Below, one piece after another: positions 29,032 through 32,228 of a stretch of DNA of 32,228 nt. The stretch spans positions 1-32,228 of the forward strand of contig CBDFFH010000001.1 in the NCBI GenBank assembly GCA_965246715.1, written 5' to 3'. Under the pieces are notes generated by a model. That model searched no databases. It was not told the DNA's origin and worked only from the letters and a program-made list of their open reading frames with translations. The translations under genes were made by a program, and so were the position numbers. Source of the DNA: Chamaesiphon sp. (GTDB taxonomy: Bacteria > Cyanobacteriota > Cyanobacteriia > Cyanobacteriales > Chamaesiphonaceae). Every line of letters begins with the position of its first letter. Position 1 is the first letter of the stretch.

Positions 29032-32000
29032 ATGGCAACTACTACTACCAATATTAATGCATCTCTAGTCCCTGTTGCTTTGACCACAAGTTATTATAGC
29101 GTAAATTCTAAGTTAATAACTAGTCTATCTAAACTAATCAGTGTAAATGGCGAACTATATTTCCAGGGAGATCGATTTGATGGAAAAGGGCGTGAGCTAT
29201 ATAAATTAGATGCCAACAACAACCTGGTATTAGTAGCTGAAACTAATACTTCTTCTAGTGGCTCCCTATTCAACTCGATTACTAATGTCAACGGTATTTT
29301 ATATTTTGGTGCTGATGACGGTATCAAACAAGGACTATATCGAATCGATCCAACTACTAGTCAACCCCAACGCCTGAGCGATAGACTTTTCTTTTCAGGT
29401 TATGACAATAGTACTAATATTGTGAATATTGGAAATAATGATTACTTTTTATCCGATCCTGCCCCGAAACTAAATGGTCAATTGTGGAAAATAGACAGAA
29501 CTTCTGGTGTTGTATCTAAAGTGGATCCAGTAGGATTTAATGGGATCTTTAAAGTCGTTCTACCAAATAGTGGGACTAACTATCGTGCCCTCAATAATAT
29601 CCTATCTGTTGGTGGTAATTTATATTTCCAGAGTCAGGATAGAAAAGTTTGGAAATATAACCCTGCTACAAATAATGCATCAGAAGTTGTGATACCAGGA
29701 AATTTATATTTTCCTTCTGGAGAATTTCATAAAGTAGGTGAATTTTTATTCTTTAAAGCTTCACCTACTTCTTCGGTAGCCGAGGAACTAGTAAAAATAG
29801 ACTCTAGTGGAAATGCTTCTATTGTTAGTAATATTAATTCTGGAGCGACCAAATATTCAATAAGCGATAATAACTTTGTTGATATTAATGGGATACTCTA
29901 CTTCACAAGTGATTCCGGAAGAGAAATTTGGAAGCTAAATTCACCAGAAAATGCAATATTAGCTGGAACTATAAATCAACCCATATCAACGAAAGATGCT
30001 AGTGAATTTGTCAATGTCAATGGTACTTTATGCTTTGTTTTTGACGACGGTAAAAATTCGTCACAGATTTGGAAGCTGAACTCAGATGGCACTACTGCTC
30101 CTATTACTAGTTTTACCTCAAATCCAAGCTATGGTAAAACTTTTGTTGAAAAGTTAAGTGCGATCGGCGATAAACTTTACTTCTCTGCTAATGATGCTTC
30201 TTTTGGCGAGGAGTTAAGAGAACTAAATATTACGACTGGAGAATTAAGAACTTTCGATTTGAGTCCTGGATTAGATGGTTCATCTCTATCGAGTTCAGTC
30301 ATCTCTAAGGTAATTGATGTTAATGGTACTGTCTATTTTTCTGCATTAATTAAACCAGAGGGTACTTCCAGTGAAGAGAGAATTTACCAACTAGCTTCAC
30401 CAACAACTCCCACTACGCCTACAACTCCAACCACACCAACCACCCCAACCACTCCAACCACACCAACCACCCCAACCACACCAACCACCCCAACCACTCC
30501 AACCACACCAACCACCCCAACCACTCCAACTACTCCAACTACTCCAACCACTCCAACCGAACCACCGCTATTTAAGATTACCGCGATCGATAATGGTACG
30601 GCGGAAACTTTAACTGGATCAGCGCCGAAAACCGGAAAATTTGAGATTACGCGTCTTGACGATGTAAGCGTGGCAAAAGAAGTTAACTACGTCATGTCAG
30701 GTTCGGCAGTGAATGGAGTTGACTATCAAAAAGTAGAAGGTAAAGTCTCCTTTGCCGCTGGACAAGCTACAGCATACGTCGATATCTTGCCGATCGACGA
30801 TAAGATCTACGAAGGCAACGAAAGCGTTACTTTATCGATCCTCAAGAATAATGGTACTGGCGTTCAGACCTACAATCCCACACAACCATTCAAAATTGCC
30901 AGCAATCTTGCTGATGCTGAAATTCTCAACCAGTTATTAGGTACCACTACCGGATTGAACAATATCAAACTAACCGTAACTGGCGATAAGCAAGCATACG
31001 GTACGTTTGATAACGATCCCTTCAATCTGGGTAAAGGTATCGTCCTCAGTACTGGTAAAGTTACCGATTTATCTGGAGCAAATGTTTCCAGTGGTACGAC
31101 TACTGATTTTGGCACTAAAGACAATCGCACTGGTGGATTCGATCCGATTACGCTCAAAATAGAATTTAATACTGACGAAAATGCCGATCGAGTTTTCTTC
31201 CAGTATGTATTTGGTTCTGAAGAATTTACAGACTATTCTGGCAGTTCGTTCAACGATGCTTTTACCCTCACGCTGAATGGTGTCAATCTAGCCAAACTCA
31301 GCGACGGCAAAACCGCCACTATTAATAACCTCACCCCATCAGCAACTCCGACAACTTGGAGTCCTGATTATATTGACAATCCTCAAGGAACTGGGCCGCT
31401 GAAAGATAAAGTTATCTTAGATGGTTATACCAAAACTCTGACATTTTCTGGCGACCTGATTCCCAGTTCTAAGAATATCATCGAAATCACGATCGAGGAT
31501 GTTAGTGATGGAATTTTAGACTCGGCTGTATTTTTAAAAGGCGGCTCACTAGGTATCATCGATCCAAATGCCATCTCTGCCAAATTAAAGCTGATCGATA
31601 ACGATCTGCCTCCAGTAATTAGCATTTCCGATGCTAGTGTTACCGAGGGTAAAAGTGGTACTAAAAATGCGACCTTTACCGTTAGCTTGAGCGGTGAGAG
31701 CGGCATCGTAACGACAGTTGATTATGCTACTGAAGATGGCACAGCGATCGCTGGCAGCGACTATAACAAGGTCGATCCGACCACCATTAGCTTTGCACCG
31801 GGAGAAACTAGCAAACAAATTGTCGTACCCATTATTGGCGATCTAATCGAGGAATCAGATGAAACTTTTAAAGTCAATCTCAGCAATGTAGTTAATGCGA
31901 AGCTAAGTCCGACAAGTAGCTCAGCGACGGGTACCATCCTCAATGACGATACTCCGGTTTCTTTAGCTGTTACCGATGCAAATGCCAGCGAAACAAATTC

Positions 32001-32228
32001 TGACCCCGGACAATTTGTAATTACCCGTGGTGGCGATCTGACGAAAGAACAGAAAGTACGCTACAAGCTCTCTGGTAAAGCTACCAATGGCAAAGACTAT
32101 CAAAGTTTAACTGAGACAGCCATTTTTGCTGCGGGGGTGAATAAAGCTGTTATCGATATCAAACCGATCGATGACAAAATCTATGAAGGAAATGAAACTG
32201 TAACGCTGACAATCTCAACCGATGATTA
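29032..32228 (+). CDS. Large surface/secreted protein: ELWxxDGT-like beta-propeller, (PTT)17 linker, Calx-beta repeats, choice-of-anchor L-like domain; 3'-partial
   Basis: Frame 1 open from ATG 29032 (missing from the ORF track, consistent with no stop before the edge); repeated VNGxLYF...ELWKL blades; DY...SFAAG...DDKIYEGNE Calx-beta; GIVLSTG, YVFGSEE, FND and DSAVF. Confidence 0.88.
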   Translation, partial: MATTTTNINASLVPVALTTSYYSVNSKLITSLSKLISVNGELYFQGDRFDGKGRELYKLDANNNLVLVAETNTSSSGSLFNSITNVNGILYFGADDGIKQGLYRIDPTTSQPQRLSDRLFFSGYDNSTNIVNIGNNDYFLSDPAPKLNGQLWKIDRTSGVVSKVDPVGFNGIFKVVLPNSGTNYRALNNILSVGGNLYFQSQDRKVWKYNPATNNASEVVIPGNLYFPSGEFHKVGEFLFFKASPTSSVAEELVKIDSSGNASIVSNINSGATKYSISDNNFVDINGILYFTSDSGREIWKLNSPENAILAGTINQPISTKDASEFVNVNGTLCFVFDDGKNSSQIWKLNSDGTTAPITSFTSNPSYGKTFVEKLSAIGDKLYFSANDASFGEELRELNITTGELRTFDLSPGLDGSSLSSSVISKVIDVNGTVYFSALIKPEGTSSEERIYQLASPTTPTTPTTPTTPTTPTTPTTPTTPTTPTTPTTPTTPTTPTTPTTPTTPTTPTEPPLFKITAIDNGTAETLTGSAPKTGKFEITRLDDVSVAKEVNYVMSGSAVNGVDYQKVEGKVSFAAGQATAYVDILPIDDKIYEGNESVTLSILKNNGTGVQTYNPTQPFKIASNLADAEILNQLLGTTTGLNNIKLTVTGDKQAYGTFDNDPFNLGKGIVLSTGKVTDLSGANVSSGTTTDFGTKDNRTGGFDPITLKIEFNTDENADRVFFQYVFGSEEFTDYSGSSFNDAFTLTLNGVNLAKLSDGKTATINNLTPSATPTTWSPDYIDNPQGTGPLKDKVILDGYTKTLTFSGDLIPSSKNIIEITIEDVSDGILDSAVFLKGGSLGIIDPNAISAKLKLIDNDLPPVISISDASVTEGKSGTKNATFTVSLSGESGIVTTVDYATEDGTAIAGSDYNKVDPTTISFAPGETSKQIVVPIIGDLIEESDETFKVNLSNVVNAKLSPTSSSATGTILNDDTPVSLAVTDANASETNSDPGQFVITRGGDLTKEQKVRYKLSGKATNGKDYQSLTETAIFAAGVNKAVIDIKPIDDKIYEGNETVTLTISTDD
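30400..30552 (+). repeat. Coding 9-bp tandem repeat, 17 units of Pro-Thr-Thr
   Basis: CCNACNACN units counted in frame. Confidence 0.9.

Noticed and set aside
29094..31943. Short minus-strand and off-frame ORFs
   Set aside because: Shadows of the long frame-1 surface-protein gene

Overview
Chromosomal window from a cyanobacterium. GCGATCGC/TCGATCGA (HIP1-type, CGATCG-core) sites are very dense, and the gene content is Chamaesiphon-like (taxon is inference). Intact housekeeping genes: DHH phosphoesterase, gatA, lysC, tRNA-Phe, folB, folC and an M16 peptidase. They are interleaved with accessory genes, many of them damaged: a frameshifted ftsH paralog, two frameshifted Uma2 genes, rimI with a shifted C-terminus, an RskA-type anti-sigma with a nonsense codon, a decayed GNAT/DUF1778 toxin-antitoxin pair beside a tRNA-Val att-like fragment, and an IS1634 remnant. 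A large surface protein (beta-propeller, PTT linker, Calx-beta, choice-of-anchor L) runs off the right edge. Two observations stand out. (1) A family of ~48-bp hairpin mini-elements (5'-CGG...CAAG(A)CAG-3') inserts precisely into REP-like repeats and into each other, building a Russian-doll stack at 27361-27720. (2) A pentapeptide-repeat protein carries a stand-alone cholesterol-dependent-cytolysin D4-like domain with altered lipid-recognition motifs. All family calls come from motif recognition by eye, not from database searches.
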